Made by a program: the position numbers and the translations under genes
In this document: piece by piece, positions 19,581 through 29,919 of the stretch
Numbering within the stretch: the first letter of the stretch is position 1
Layout: the number at the start of each line of letters is the position of its first letter
NCBI GenBank assembly: GCA_965205485.1
Contig: OZ242180.1
Location: forward strand, 4,800,001 to 4,864,000
From: Candidatus Latescibacterota bacterium
Lineage (GTDB): Bacteria; Latescibacterota; UBA2968; GCA-2709665
Reading direction: 5' to 3'
DNA: 64,000 nt
The notes under the pieces: model-generated
What the model saw: only the letters and a program-made list of their open reading frames with translations
What the model was told of the DNA's origin: nothing
Databases searched by the model: none

Positions 19581-20726
19581 TTATCCGGCCACCGGCAGTC
19601 CCAGTGCTTCTGCATTCACGATACTCGGACACGCGTCCGGGGCGTCGTCGCCCAGGAACGGCAGGATGTCGTCCTGGTCCGACCACGCGGGAAGGCCTCT
19701 CAGGACGCCGGCCACGTTGCTGGCGGCGAGCGTTGCCATACCCTCACGCGTCCAGCTTGTCGCCGATGCAATGTGGGGAACGATAACCACGTTGTTGAGT
19801 TCATTCAGACCGGGCTTCATTTCGGGCTCGTCTTCGAAGACGTCGAGCCCGACGCGGAAGTCCGGGTTTTTCCTGCAGTGGGCCACGAGCGCGGTTTCAT
19901 CGATGACCGGCCCGCGGCTGGCATTTACGAGAATCGCGTCAGGCTTCATCAGGTTCAGACGTTCCTCGTTCATCAGGTGGTGGGTGGTCGGATCCAGAAG
20001 CGGATGCAGGCTGACCACGTCGGCCTCGCGCAATACCTCGGCTTCTGAGTTTGCTCTGGTCACCGTCACCGGCTCTTCGCCCTGCCGCTCCAGGAACGCG
20101 CCGTAGTCCCGAATGTAATTCTCCAGCCGTTCGTTGGGATAGGGATCGTAATAGATAAAGTCCATCTTGAACCCTTCGACCATCATCCGCGCGTACGTCG
20201 CGCCAATCCGCCCGGCGCCAATCACACCGACGGTCTTCCGGTTCAGCAACTGCCCCAGAAACAGGGTGGGCAGCCATCCTTCGTACCGCCCACCCCGCAT
20301 GTACTCGTCGGCCTCCACCACGCGGCGCGCGGCGGAAAACGTCAGCGCAATCGCCATCTCCGCGGTGGTCTCCGTCAACACGCCAGGCGTGTTTCCCACG
20401 GGAATACCATTCTGTGTGGCCGCATCCACGTCCACATTGTTGAAACCGACCGCATAGTTGCTGTAGGCTTTGCCGCCTGCCGCTTTCAGCGCAGAGAAGA
20501 GCGGTTCGCCCCAGTCTTCCGTGAGCTGTCCGATCACGCCGTCGCACCGATCGCCGATCGCCGTCCTGATTTCATCCACCTGCAGAATCCGGGTGGAGGT
20601 GCTGTATTCGACGCGGCAACCCGCCTGTTTCAGAATACTCAGCCAGCGGTCGCCCGGAAGCTCCTTTGTAACCACCACGCGCAGATTTCCCGAAGCATTG
20701 AACGTCGTCCACTCATTTGCAGCCAA
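19581..20726 (-). CDS. D-glycerate dehydrogenase / hydroxypyruvate reductase, plant HPR1-like
   Basis: D-2-hydroxyacid DH motifs (GVIGAGRIG, NASRGPVIDE, GLDVFEDEP, PHIASA) plus GQLTEDWGE and YARMMVEGFKM; TTG start with AAGGAGG RBS. Confidence 0.9.
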   Translation of the reverse strand: MAANEWTTFNASGNLRVVVTKELPGDRWLSILKQAGCRVEYSTSTRILQVDEIRTAIGDRCDGVIGQLTEDWGEPLFSALKAAGGKAYSNYAVGFNNVDVDAATQNGIPVGNTPGVLTETTAEMAIALTFSAARRVVEADEYMRGGRYEGWLPTLFLGQLLNRKTVGVIGAGRIGATYARMMVEGFKMDFIYYDPYPNERLENYIRDYGAFLERQGEEPVTVTRANSEAEVLREADVVSLHPLLDPTTHHLMNEERLNLMKPDAILVNASRGPVIDETALVAHCRKNPDFRVGLDVFEDEPEMKPGLNELNNVVIVPHIASATSWTREGMATLAASNVAGVLRGLPAWSDQDDILPFLGDDAPDACPSIVNAEALGLPVAG

Positions 20727-20890
20727 AACGCCCTCCTTGAAAATTGAAGACGGGATCCTGCGTTACCGGCCCGCCTGGCGCCGGCCGGACCCGTCTCATA
20801 AAATCCGCGTGATTGTCCGCGGAATCTACCCAGACGCCCCGATCGATTCAAGAATACGAACGTGAATCGGGCAGATGGCGCCGCCATGCC

Positions 20891-21940
20891 TCAATGGACC
20901 CTGTAATCCGGGACCTCAACAGGCACGCCGCCCTGTTGGGCCGACCGGTGCGCGCACAGGCCGGGTACGGAGAAGTCCAGAGACCGGTATACGTCTATTG
21001 GTACGGGACCACGACCGGTCGCTGCCTGCACGAACCGGTCGACCATATAGTATTCCGATGTGCCGTGTCCGCCCGCCAACGCCTCAGCGGGCGCATCGGG
21101 ATCCGAGTCTTCCGCGGGAAACGCCGCCATCGGTCCTTTGCCCGAACGGAAAATCTTGGCGTCTTCCCACGGCGCCCGCCTGTTTTCCAGGGTGCCCTCG
21201 GTACCGTAGAAAATCTGCCAGTGCATCCCGGGTTCCCGGGTCACGGTGAATCCGCAGAGGATCTTGACGACGCTTCCCTTCTCCGTCCGAAACAACCCCA
21301 CCTGCATGTCTATCGAACCGATATCGGGGGCCGTATGCGTGCCGGTGGACATGCCCACCGCGGTAACGCAACGGTCGTCCAGGATATCCAGCACCGGTCC
21401 CAGGCTGTGCGTGCAATAGTAGATCGGCGGCATGGATGCCCGCCACGTCAGTTCCCCGCCAGGACCCCGCATCAGTTTCCGGCAATCGTGTATATACTCC
21501 GCTTCAGCATAGAAGACGCGGCCGATCGCGCCTGACCGGATTTTCGATTTCCAGTCCTGAACATAATGGTAGAAGTTCATATTTTCTGCCATCATGTAGA
21601 ACTTTCCCGTACGACGGACGGCCTCGGCAAGGGCCTCGCATTCCTCCAGCGTCCAGGCGGCCGGAACCTCGCTCAGCACATGCGCACCGGCTTCCATTGC
21701 CAGAATGGACTGCGCCGCATGCAGGGGCGCCGGGGTTGCCACGACAACCACGTCCATGTCCGCCGAAAGAAACGCGTCAAAATCCGCGAACGCCTGTTTA
21801 ACGCCGAAAGTCTCCGCCGCCTGCTCCCGCCGGTCCGCAACCGGATCGCAGATGGCGGCAAGGCGGGTTTGCGGATGGTTCTGAAATGTATTTGCGAGGC
21901 CTCGTCCACGCCTCAATCCGGCGACTCCGACTTTTAACAT
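20891..21940 (-). CDS. Gfo/Idh/MocA family oxidoreductase
   Basis: KVGVAG, VVVATP..LH, HVLSEVP, YMMAEN, YAEAEYIH, YCTHSLGP. Confidence 0.88.
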   Translation of the reverse strand: MLKVGVAGLRRGRGLANTFQNHPQTRLAAICDPVADRREQAAETFGVKQAFADFDAFLSADMDVVVVATPAPLHAAQSILAMEAGAHVLSEVPAAWTLEECEALAEAVRRTGKFYMMAENMNFYHYVQDWKSKIRSGAIGRVFYAEAEYIHDCRKLMRGPGGELTWRASMPPIYYCTHSLGPVLDILDDRCVTAVGMSTGTHTAPDIGSIDMQVGLFRTEKGSVVKILCGFTVTREPGMHWQIFYGTEGTLENRRAPWEDAKIFRSGKGPMAAFPAEDSDPDAPAEALAGGHGTSEYYMVDRFVQAATGRGPVPIDVYRSLDFSVPGLCAHRSAQQGGVPVEVPDYRVH

Positions 21941-22003
21941 ATCTCATTGCCTGACCGTGCGGAGCGCAATCGGGAGGTTTCGACCCCTCCGCCACGTCTC
22001 GAA

Positions 22004-25000
22004 TCAGACCCGTTCGACAACGGGCTCAATCGAAAGATAGGGTTCGGCAGACCGGGCGCGTCCGTTGCCATCCATCATCGCCGCCGCCGCCTGATACGCG
22101 GCCTCGATCTTGGGACGGATGACCTCGCGGTATCCACGCACTTCGTCGGGCATCCGGAACACCCGCACGTAGTCGCCGTACCTCTCTTCGTGATCGAACT
22201 CGAACCGATCGACAAATTCGGTATACCAGTCGCGGTAAGCCTTTTCCTCCTTGTGCCACGACGGCATCAGTTTGCGCAGGAATTTCAACCGTTTCATCAG
22301 CTTCAGCATCCAGTCCCGGGTGGTCAGCTTGAGATACACGTTGAACCCGAGGATATTGAAATTGCCGCGGTTGAAGTGGCGATACGATATACGGTCTCCA
22401 CGCTCGGCGGACACGTTGTATCGCTCGCAGTCGCGCCGGTATTTTTCTTCGCTCGTCAGCAGATGGGCGACGTACACTTCGTCCTTGTAGGCCATCACGC
22501 GCGGCAGGTAGCGAATGACCGCGCGCGTTGCCTCGTACCCCTCCTCGGGCCGGTCCTTTTCGTACACCTTGCGCACCCGCCGCACATAAGTCCCGGCGTA
22601 CCGTGCGCCGTCCCACTGCATCAGATCGTAAACGCCCAGGGCAAACTGCAGCCGATCCTCTTCAGCAAGGCCCAACAGCGCGGCGTCGGCCGTAAGCTCG
22701 AGGTACGCAGCCCTCGCTTTCCTGCCCTTTCCGCGTTCCAGAATGCCGGCCTTGTCTTCGATCAGTTCGCTGCAGGAAAGCAGCGGTTTCTCCTGCGCGA
22801 CGACTTCAGGTTCAATGGCGATTTTGCGGCCGAGATCGAAGGCTTTCAAATTGGGATCGAGGTCGCTGCTCTTGATGTTGCGCTGCATCGACCACTTTAT
22901 GTTTCCCAGATCCAGCGGCAGCACGCCCCGCTGAAAGGCAACCCCGAGAAGGATGCTGTTTGCGTAGATCTTGTTGCCCAGGAAACGCTCCGAGATCTCC
23001 CCCAGGTCCATCCCGAAATACCCCTCGGACTTAGTGTGCCGTTTGAGCACTTCCTCCAGTTCCGCGGTATCGAATTCGTCCTGCCCGGTAAGTGTAAGTA
23101 CCGTATGCCGCTTCCCCGTCTCCACCACCGCGGATGTATGCCTCGGACTGGCGACGCGTCCGTTTCCCATCGACTCCAGTCCCCGCACCGCCTCCAGGAT
23201 ATCCAGGCCGAGAAGCAGATCGGCATGGCCGTACGGGGTAATCTGGGAAATAACGCGGTCACCCTTCGTAAAACTGACGTGGGAATATACGGCCCCGTTT
23301 CGGATGGCCAGCCCTTTCTTATTCGTGAATCGCACGGCATAGCCCTGCCTCGCGCCGGCCACGGAGAGAATCGCGGCGATGGTGTTGATGCCCATGCCGC
23401 CCACCCCGGCAATGTACGCGTACCACGTGGCGTCGAAGGAATTCACTTTGGGCGCCGGCAGGTCCGACAGGTCGATGGCTTCCGTCTGTCTCTGCGCCGG
23501 CCGGGTTCGCCTGACGATAACCTCCTCGAACGACGGGCAGGTGCCATCGCCATTGGAAACGGTCACCCTGGTACAGGCGCCGTCCGCCACGCACAGGGAA
23601 AGATCGGTGGCGATCTTGGGACCGTGCAACGTCTCCTCCACGGTCAATCCGCTGCAACCGGTCGCCCGTGTGCACTCCAGGCAATATTCGCAGACCTCCG
23701 GCGTGATGTTGACGTGACGTTCCTCCGGCAGGTATCCTGTATCCTGGACGATCTCGTTCTGCATCGCGCGCTGCCTGCGGTGAAACGTAATCCCGCATTC
23801 CTTGTCGGCGATGACGATCTTGACGCCGTCCTTCAACAGCGCACGTTCCAGTGTCTGCCGGTATGGCGTGCGTTCCGCAGGATTCATCCTTGCAATGAAG
23901 ACGCTGTCGCCGTCGCCCGCCATGCCTCGCACAACCTGTTCGATGTCCTGCGCGAACGTCGGCTTGCCCAGAATATCCACGTCGACGCCAGGCGTGGGCT
24001 GGTGGCCGGTCATTGCCGTTGTCTTGTTGTCCAGGATGACGTAGGTAATGTCCTGTCCGTGCTTTATCGAATCGGATATCGCCGCCATTCCGCTGTGAAA
24101 GAAGGTCGAGTCTCCCATGAAGACAAGCTGCTTGTTGTCGATGTAGGGATCGATCCCGGCTCCCGTGCCTCCGCCCAGCCCCATCCCTGACAAATTGTGC
24201 ATCAGCCGGTCGAAGGGCTTGTATTTCAAAAGGGAATAGCATCCGATATCGCCGTGAAACACCAAGTCGGCCGGATCTCTCTGATGGTGTTTCCGCATAT
24301 AGTCCGCACTGCCGAAATCGTCGATGACCCGGTTCAGCACGCTCGCGGAATCCCGGTGCGGACAACCGGGACAGAATGAGGGGGTGCGTACGGCCGCCTG
24401 CACCTGGTAATCCGCCGTTTCGTCGACAAGGTCGACCTCCTGCGCAATCCGCTCTCGGTCTACAGGTACCGAGGGGTCGTCCAGGTCCAGCAGGACGGGC
24501 GCGAGCGCTTTGAGCAGGATGGACGGGTTCATCCCCTTGCTGTCCGGAAACCCCGGTTGACCGCCTGGAAAACGCTTGCCCCAGATACGGAACGGGCCGA
24601 TCTCTCCATCCTGGTGCAATCCCTGCAGCGCGGCCGTAACCTGCCCCTCCAGAAACCCGCGCTTCTCTTCAACGACGTATATATCGCCGACATGTCCCAC
24701 GAATGCCTTCAGGATTTCCGGGTCTACCGGATGCGTCAGCCCGTATTTCAGTATGGGGATGCTGCCTTCCAGCCCCAGCATATTCATCACATGTTCAAGG
24801 TAGCAATACGCGAGGCTGGAACTGATGAATCCAATGCGTCTCTTCCCTGATGCCGGCGGGTAGAGAATGCGGTTCAGATTGTATTCGCGGGCGTATTCCA
24901 GCAGTTCCGGCATCCGCCTGTGCAGTACGTCTTCCTCCTTGATGGCGGTGCTTGGGGGGATGATCACCCTGTCGTCGAGCGGAATCGTCCCGCTGTCGAT

Positions 25001-25639
25001 GGTTACGGGGCTGTGCGGCGTCAGGTGGGGAAAACGATTGGGCGCTACCGTAACCGTGCCCCCGCCGTCCGCCTGGTTGGAGGTGATGAGATAGGCCACA
25101 TAGAGGCGTGTCTTTTCCGAAAGATCGAACGCAACTCCGATCCAGTCCTTGACTTCCTGGAACGTACTCGGCTCCAGAATGGGCATATACAGGTGTTTCG
25201 CGATAAACCGGGAATCGGCGGGAACCTGGGTGCCTTCCGACCACGTATCGTCACCGAACACGGCCACCGCCGCGCCGCCCGGCGCCGTTCCCGCCATGTT
25301 GCCGAGGGCAAGCCCGTCGGAAGCCACGTGGGCGCCCACGCTCTTCATCACCGCCATCGCGCGTACGGGCGTCATCTGGGAACCGTTGAGACGCGCGGCG
25401 CTGAGCGCTTCGTTGTTGGCAATCTGCACCACCACGCCCTGTTCCACGAGCAGTTCCCGGATGCGCTCAGCGGCATCGAAGACCTCGGCGACGGGAGAAC
25501 CGGGGTAGCCGGTAAGCATACCCATGCGGTGCTCCAGGCCGCCCTTGACGATGAGCTCATTGCCGGTAAAGATTCCTACGCCTTCTTCAAGGAGAAATCT
25601 TGGATCCACCGCGATTCCCCTGGATGGTTCTGCGCCCAA
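22004..25639 (-). CDS. Indolepyruvate:ferredoxin oxidoreductase family, fused alpha/beta, with C-terminal DUF6537-like domain
   Basis: GYPGSP, RTPSFCPGCPH, GDIGC, MGDSTFFHSG, NKTTAMTG.QP, ferredoxin CEYCLEC...C, AGVGGMG, MAYKDEVYVA, VRGYREV. Confidence 0.88.
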   Translation of the reverse strand: MGAEPSRGIAVDPRFLLEEGVGIFTGNELIVKGGLEHRMGMLTGYPGSPVAEVFDAAERIRELLVEQGVVVQIANNEALSAARLNGSQMTPVRAMAVMKSVGAHVASDGLALGNMAGTAPGGAAVAVFGDDTWSEGTQVPADSRFIAKHLYMPILEPSTFQEVKDWIGVAFDLSEKTRLYVAYLITSNQADGGGTVTVAPNRFPHLTPHSPVTIDSGTIPLDDRVIIPPSTAIKEEDVLHRRMPELLEYAREYNLNRILYPPASGKRRIGFISSSLAYCYLEHVMNMLGLEGSIPILKYGLTHPVDPEILKAFVGHVGDIYVVEEKRGFLEGQVTAALQGLHQDGEIGPFRIWGKRFPGGQPGFPDSKGMNPSILLKALAPVLLDLDDPSVPVDRERIAQEVDLVDETADYQVQAAVRTPSFCPGCPHRDSASVLNRVIDDFGSADYMRKHHQRDPADLVFHGDIGCYSLLKYKPFDRLMHNLSGMGLGGGTGAGIDPYIDNKQLVFMGDSTFFHSGMAAISDSIKHGQDITYVILDNKTTAMTGHQPTPGVDVDILGKPTFAQDIEQVVRGMAGDGDSVFIARMNPAERTPYRQTLERALLKDGVKIVIADKECGITFHRRQRAMQNEIVQDTGYLPEERHVNITPEVCEYCLECTRATGCSGLTVEETLHGPKIATDLSLCVADGACTRVTVSNGDGTCPSFEEVIVRRTRPAQRQTEAIDLSDLPAPKVNSFDATWYAYIAGVGGMGINTIAAILSVAGARQGYAVRFTNKKGLAIRNGAVYSHVSFTKGDRVISQITPYGHADLLLGLDILEAVRGLESMGNGRVASPRHTSAVVETGKRHTVLTLTGQDEFDTAELEEVLKRHTKSEGYFGMDLGEISERFLGNKIYANSILLGVAFQRGVLPLDLGNIKWSMQRNIKSSDLDPNLKAFDLGRKIAIEPEVVAQEKPLLSCSELIEDKAGILERGKGRKARAAYLELTADAALLGLAEEDRLQFALGVYDLMQWDGARYAGTYVRRVRKVYEKDRPEEGYEATRAVIRYLPRVMAYKDEVYVAHLLTSEEKYRRDCERYNVSAERGDRISYRHFNRGNFNILGFNVYLKLTTRDWMLKLMKRLKFLRKLMPSWHKEEKAYRDWYTEFVDRFEFDHEERYGDYVRVFRMPDEVRGYREVIRPKIEAAYQAAAAMMDGNGRARSAEPYLSIEPVVERV

Positions 25640-25696
25640 CGTTAGTATACACCGCGAACCCTGAGCCTCGCCGGCCCCCGGGCCCCCGTCCGGGCG

Positions 25697-27073
25697 CTAC
25701 TCCATCATCCGCCAATTCGGGTTGTACGTTTCCGCGGGATGCGTTGAGTGTACGAGTTCGAATACGCCCGCGCCGCGCCGATCCACGAAGATGAACCTGA
25801 CGCCGCGCTGCTCTTCGTAAGTCCAGACTTCAAAAGGCTTTTCGTTGGAGGCCGCCAGGTTGTATTGAATATCGCTCGGTTCACCGAACTTGATATAGAT
25901 TCGCCCCTTGTCCGTATCCGACCCCCGCTTGCCCCGTCCCGCCGCGTAGTTGTTCTCCGCGAAGCGCATTCGCTGGATATGCTGGATCAGGCGCTCGTTT
26001 TCATCGGTCGCCGGGGTCGGGTCAAGCTCCTTCCAGAAGACCTTCAGGAACGCCATCTGGTCCATTCGGTTCTTCAGATTCCGGTACTCCTTCCACCGAG
26101 AACCTTTGGCGATATATCGAATTTCTCTGTAGTATCGAATGTTGTCGCGTTCCTCCTGCGACAATTCCACGACTTCCCGCTGACGCGCCAGAGAAATCAT
26201 CCGTCTCGTTCTGTGGACGGTGCGGTTGCTCCGGTCCAGCGCCTCGACCTGGAAAAAGTACCGGCCCGGCGACAGTTCGCCGGTACTGAAGATTTCCGTC
26301 TTTACGGCGCTGGTGCCCGGTTTCATCAGCCGCTGGTCCGCAAACTTCGCCACCACCGCGCCGGCGGTATCCAGCACGCTGTATCCCAGCAGAAACGTAT
26401 TGTCCGCACCCTCGACAGGCGCCGAGAGGTGATAGATCTCGAAATAGACTTCGATATCCCCGCCGGCGGGATAGGTCCGGGTCACGTTGGGCGTCACCGT
26501 CCAGCCGTATCTCGAAAACCTGCTTTCGGTGTCGGTTCTGGACAGTCCGGATGCGAACAGGAGATCGCTGGATTTCAATGTCTGCTCCTCGAAATCCCGG
26601 ACCCGCAGGTCCCCCTCCGCCACGGCCTTCTTTTTCTCTTTGAGGTCTCGAACCGACAGGGTCATTCGATACGTGCCAGGCTTCAGATCGAATCCGATCA
26701 TATCGCGAAAGGGCAGTCCCGCGCCTTCGACGTCGTCGGCCTCTTCGACCCAGACCTTGCGCTTCCATGTCTCATCGTTGACGACGAGACCCGCGGAATC
26801 GGTCAGCGAGACGGACAATTCCATTTCCGCCTCGTATCGTTTTCTCTTTCGCCTGAATTTCAACTGACTCGCGTCCAGCAGGACGTAAATCTCCTGTCGT
26901 GTGAATCCCACGGACGCCTGAAATCCGGCGGTGTCGGTGAAGAACGCCAGGTCTCCCTCGCCCATGAACGGCAGGTCCAGCGGCTCCGACCCGGCGCAGT
27001 GCCCCTTCGCGCCCAGGAACAAAACGCCCGCAATCAGCAGGAAGCCCATGCAAAGCCGATCCCTGTTTCTCAT
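25697..27073 (-). CDS. GWxTD domain-containing protein (secreted)
   Basis: FWKELDPTPATDENE, GSDTDKGRIYIKFGEPSD, EVWTY, FIFVD; N-terminal signal peptide. Confidence 0.85.
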   Translation of the reverse strand: MRNRDRLCMGFLLIAGVLFLGAKGHCAGSEPLDLPFMGEGDLAFFTDTAGFQASVGFTRQEIYVLLDASQLKFRRKRKRYEAEMELSVSLTDSAGLVVNDETWKRKVWVEEADDVEGAGLPFRDMIGFDLKPGTYRMTLSVRDLKEKKKAVAEGDLRVRDFEEQTLKSSDLLFASGLSRTDTESRFSRYGWTVTPNVTRTYPAGGDIEVYFEIYHLSAPVEGADNTFLLGYSVLDTAGAVVAKFADQRLMKPGTSAVKTEIFSTGELSPGRYFFQVEALDRSNRTVHRTRRMISLARQREVVELSQEERDNIRYYREIRYIAKGSRWKEYRNLKNRMDQMAFLKVFWKELDPTPATDENERLIQHIQRMRFAENNYAAGRGKRGSDTDKGRIYIKFGEPSDIQYNLAASNEKPFEVWTYEEQRGVRFIFVDRRGAGVFELVHSTHPAETYNPNWRMME

Positions 27074-27160
27074 TTGCCAATTCTCCGAGAGTGTACGTGG
27101 TCATTCGCCGCGCGGAGTCGGCCCCAGGCGGAAGGTCTGCCATCCCGGGCCGAAACAGGC

Positions 27161-27189
27161 AATGTATTGAACTCCAATATTCAAGTCAA
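27161..27189 (-). promoter_or_regulatory. Putative sigma70 promoter for the GWxTD gene
   Basis: Minus strand TTGACT-N17-TACATT. Confidence 0.55.
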
Positions 27190-27211
27190 CTCCAAAGCGC
27201 CCGGCAACACC

Positions 27212-27517
27212 TCAGCCCTTTGCGCCGGGAGACACGTAGATCTCCTGCTCCCGGACACGCACGGGGTACTTCCTGATTCTGAAATGAGGCGCCTCTGTGC
27301 AGGTCCCGGATTCGAGGTCGAACGTCAGGTTGTGCCAGAAGCAGGTCACGGCGCCGCCTCTGATCCCGTCCGTCCCGATGGGTCGCTGGTTGTGCGGACA
27401 GGTATTGTCAATCGCCTCGATCTTGCCGCCCACGTTGAACAGCCCGATTTCGCGGCCCATCATCGTAACGAGCTTCCCGGTACCCGGCGGGACTTCATGC
27501 ATCGAAGCCACCCGCAT
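27212..27517 (-). CDS. Rieske [2Fe-2S] ferredoxin (NirD/dioxygenase ferredoxin-like)
   Basis: CPH...CFWH...FDLESG motif, about 101 aa. Confidence 0.85.
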   Translation of the reverse strand: MRVASMHEVPPGTGKLVTMMGREIGLFNVGGKIEAIDNTCPHNQRPIGTDGIRGGAVTCFWHNLTFDLESGTCTEAPHFRIRKYPVRVREQEIYVSPGAKG

Positions 27518-27608
27518 GAAACCAGGGTTTCGTCCTCCGCCCGCGTCGGCGGTCTGAACGGTCCGGCGCCGGCCCTTCGGACGCCGTCGAATCAAACTGA
27601 ACACGGTC

Positions 27609-28496
27609 TCATCCCGCAACAGCGTGGTTTGCGGCGTGGTAGGAACTCCGCACAAGCGGACCCGATTCCACGTGCCGGAATCCTCGCATCTCCGCAAAGA
27701 GCCGGATCTTCTCGAATTCGTCCGGATGGTAGAATCTGGCAATGGAAACATGTGCCGGCGAAGGCTGCAGGTATTGACCCACCGTGAGTATATCCGTTCC
27801 CTGTTCGGCGATGTCGTCGATGGTCCGGTAGACTTCTTCCACGGTTTCTCCCGCGCCGACCATGATGCCGGATTTCGTTGGGATAACCGGACGGGCGGTT
27901 CCGGCGCGCCGGAGCAATTCGAGGGATTGGGCATAGTTGGCTTGGGGGCGCATCAGACGATAGAGCCGGGGCGGCGTCTCTACGTTGTGGTTCAGAATAT
28001 CGGGGCCGGCCGACATCACCCGATCCAGCGCCTCCCAGTTACCCTGGAAATCCGGAATCAGCACCTCCACGCGGGTCTCAGGCCGCAATCGGCGGATTTC
28101 CCTGATGGTGGCCGCGAATATCGACGCGCCTCCGTCCGGCAGCTCGTCACGGTTTACCGATGTCACCACGGCATGTCTCAGACCCAGCCGCACGACGGCC
28201 TCGGCGACCCGGCCGGGTTCATCCGTGTCGAGACCCTGCGGCCGTCCCGTCTTTACCGCGCAAAACCCGCAGCTGCGAGTACAGATGTCCCCCAGAATCA
28301 TGAATGTAGCCGTGCCTGCGCCCCAGCATTCACCGATATTCGGACACTTCGCGCTCTCGCAAACGGTGTGCAGTTCCAGTTCCCGCATGAGGCGCTTCAA
28401 TTCCAGGTACCCCGCGCTGCCCGGCGCAGGCACCCGGAACCAGTCCGGCAATCGGCGGTTTCTTCTCGGATTCTGGTTTTCGATCTGCAGCATCAT
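27609..28496 (-). CDS. lipA: Lipoyl synthase
   Basis: [32 protein letters not shown]. Confidence 0.97.
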   Translation of the reverse strand: MMLQIENQNPRRNRRLPDWFRVPAPGSAGYLELKRLMRELELHTVCESAKCPNIGECWGAGTATFMILGDICTRSCGFCAVKTGRPQGLDTDEPGRVAEAVVRLGLRHAVVTSVNRDELPDGGASIFAATIREIRRLRPETRVEVLIPDFQGNWEALDRVMSAGPDILNHNVETPPRLYRLMRPQANYAQSLELLRRAGTARPVIPTKSGIMVGAGETVEEVYRTIDDIAEQGTDILTVGQYLQPSPAHVSIARFYHPDEFEKIRLFAEMRGFRHVESGPLVRSSYHAANHAVAG

Positions 28497-28542
28497 GTAG
28501 GCATGCCGGCAGGACGTCGCCAGTCAGGTCGCGTACAGCTTT

Positions 28543-29919
28543 TCAGTGTTCCTGGCGGCCGATCAGCGTGTGAGAGGTCGCGTCGGTGATTCTGATATCC
28601 ACGAACGTGTTGGTCCTGACCCCGTTTTTCGGAAACACAACCGTCTTGAATCCGTCCGATTTTCCTACTGCCTGTCCCTTGCCGCGCCGCGCGTCGCCCT
28701 CCACGAGCACCTCCAGCAGTTGTCCGACACAGCGCCGGTTGATCTCGCCGGATATTCTCGTCTGCTGGGCGATTACGGCCTGGAGCCGCAGCGCTTTTTC
28801 GGCCTCCGGGACCGTATCGGGAATCTCCCTGTAGGCTACCGTACCCTTCCGCGGCGAATATTTGAACATGAAGGCCGAGTCGTACCGAATGCGTCTCATC
28901 AGCGCCATGGTCGACTCGAAGTCCGCATCCGCCTCGCCCGGAAATCCGACGATGATATCGGTGGACAGACACAACCCGGGCAGGGCCGACCGGAGACGGT
29001 CGACCAGATCGAGATAACGGCCGGCTGTATAGGTCCGCTTCATATCCTTCAGGACCCTGTCGGAACCGGACTGAACCGGCAGATGGATGAACCGGCAAAT
29101 CTTCTCTTCTTCCGCCAGCGTGCCGATCAGCTTGTCCGAAAAATCGCTCGGGTGCGGCGACGTATAGCGAATTCTGCGTATACCCTCCACGCCGGCGACC
29201 ATCTTCAGGAGATCGGCAAAATCGGTCTCGCCGTCATTGTAGGAGTTCACCGTCTGACCGAGCAGGGTTACTTCCCGGAATCCTTCCGAAGCAGCCATCC
29301 GCACCTGTCGCAACACGTCGCCCGCGGGTACGCTCCGCTCCCGACCGCGCACGTAGGGCACGATGCAGAACGTGCAGAACTTGTCGCATCCCCGCATGAT
29401 CGTGATCCAGGCATTGGTGCCCTCCTGGCGAACGGGATCGAGTTCCAGATAGTCCTCGTGCCGGTCGAGCCGGACGTCCAGCGCGGGATTCCCGGCAGCT
29501 TCTCCGATCAACTCGGGAAGGCGCCGGTAGGAATCCGGCCCGACCACGAGATCCACGTACGGCAACTGATTCAGAAGTTCCTCGGCGAGGTGCTTGGCCA
29601 TGCATCCGCTCACGCCGAGCACGAGGTCCGGTCGCGCCCGTTTTTCCCTGCTGAGCTGGGAAAGACGCCCAACGACCCGCTCCTCCGCACGCTCTCGAAT
29701 GGCACAGGTATTCAACAGCACAACGTCCGCGTCGTCGACGCCGGATGCCCGGCGGAATCCGGCCTTCTTCAGCACGCCCATCATCAGTTCGGTATCGGAC
29801 ACGTTCATCTGACAGCCGTAGGTTTCGATAAAGATCCGGCGTCCCGCGCCGGAAACCGGCAGGCCTGCGCCGTTCGCCGCGGCGACGTCCTGCTGGCGTT
29901 CAATGTCGAGAAGCTGCAT
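28543..29919 (-). CDS. miaB: tRNA-2-methylthio-N6-dimethylallyladenosine synthase
   Basis: TYGCQMN, NTCAIRE, GCMA, CDKFCTFC, HLPVQSGS, C-terminal TRAM-like region. Confidence 0.95.
   Translation of the reverse strand: MQLLDIERQQDVAAANGAGLPVSGAGRRIFIETYGCQMNVSDTELMMGVLKKAGFRRASGVDDADVVLLNTCAIRERAEERVVGRLSQLSREKRARPDLVLGVSGCMAKHLAEELLNQLPYVDLVVGPDSYRRLPELIGEAAGNPALDVRLDRHEDYLELDPVRQEGTNAWITIMRGCDKFCTFCIVPYVRGRERSVPAGDVLRQVRMAASEGFREVTLLGQTVNSYNDGETDFADLLKMVAGVEGIRRIRYTSPHPSDFSDKLIGTLAEEEKICRFIHLPVQSGSDRVLKDMKRTYTAGRYLDLVDRLRSALPGLCLSTDIIVGFPGEADADFESTMALMRRIRYDSAFMFKYSPRKGTVAYREIPDTVPEAEKALRLQAVIAQQTRISGEINRRCVGQLLEVLVEGDARRGKGQAVGKSDGFKTVVFPKNGVRTNTFVDIRITDATSHTLIGRQEH

Noticed and set aside
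21972..21993. GGAGGTTTCGACCCCTCCGCCA, resembling a tRNA 3' end or att site
   Set aside because: No cloverleaf upstream and no integrase; only a short hairpin
21947..24190. Long plus-strand ORFs (747 aa here; also 9542-11260, 11318-13531, 25748-27787, 28546-30255, 56575-58767)
   Set aside because: Antisense shadows of well-supported minus-strand genes in GC-rich DNA; no recognisable motifs
27518..27934. Extended N-terminus of the Rieske ORF (240 aa in the track)
   Set aside because: Overlaps lipA in another frame and is not protein-like; the 101-aa domain is complete
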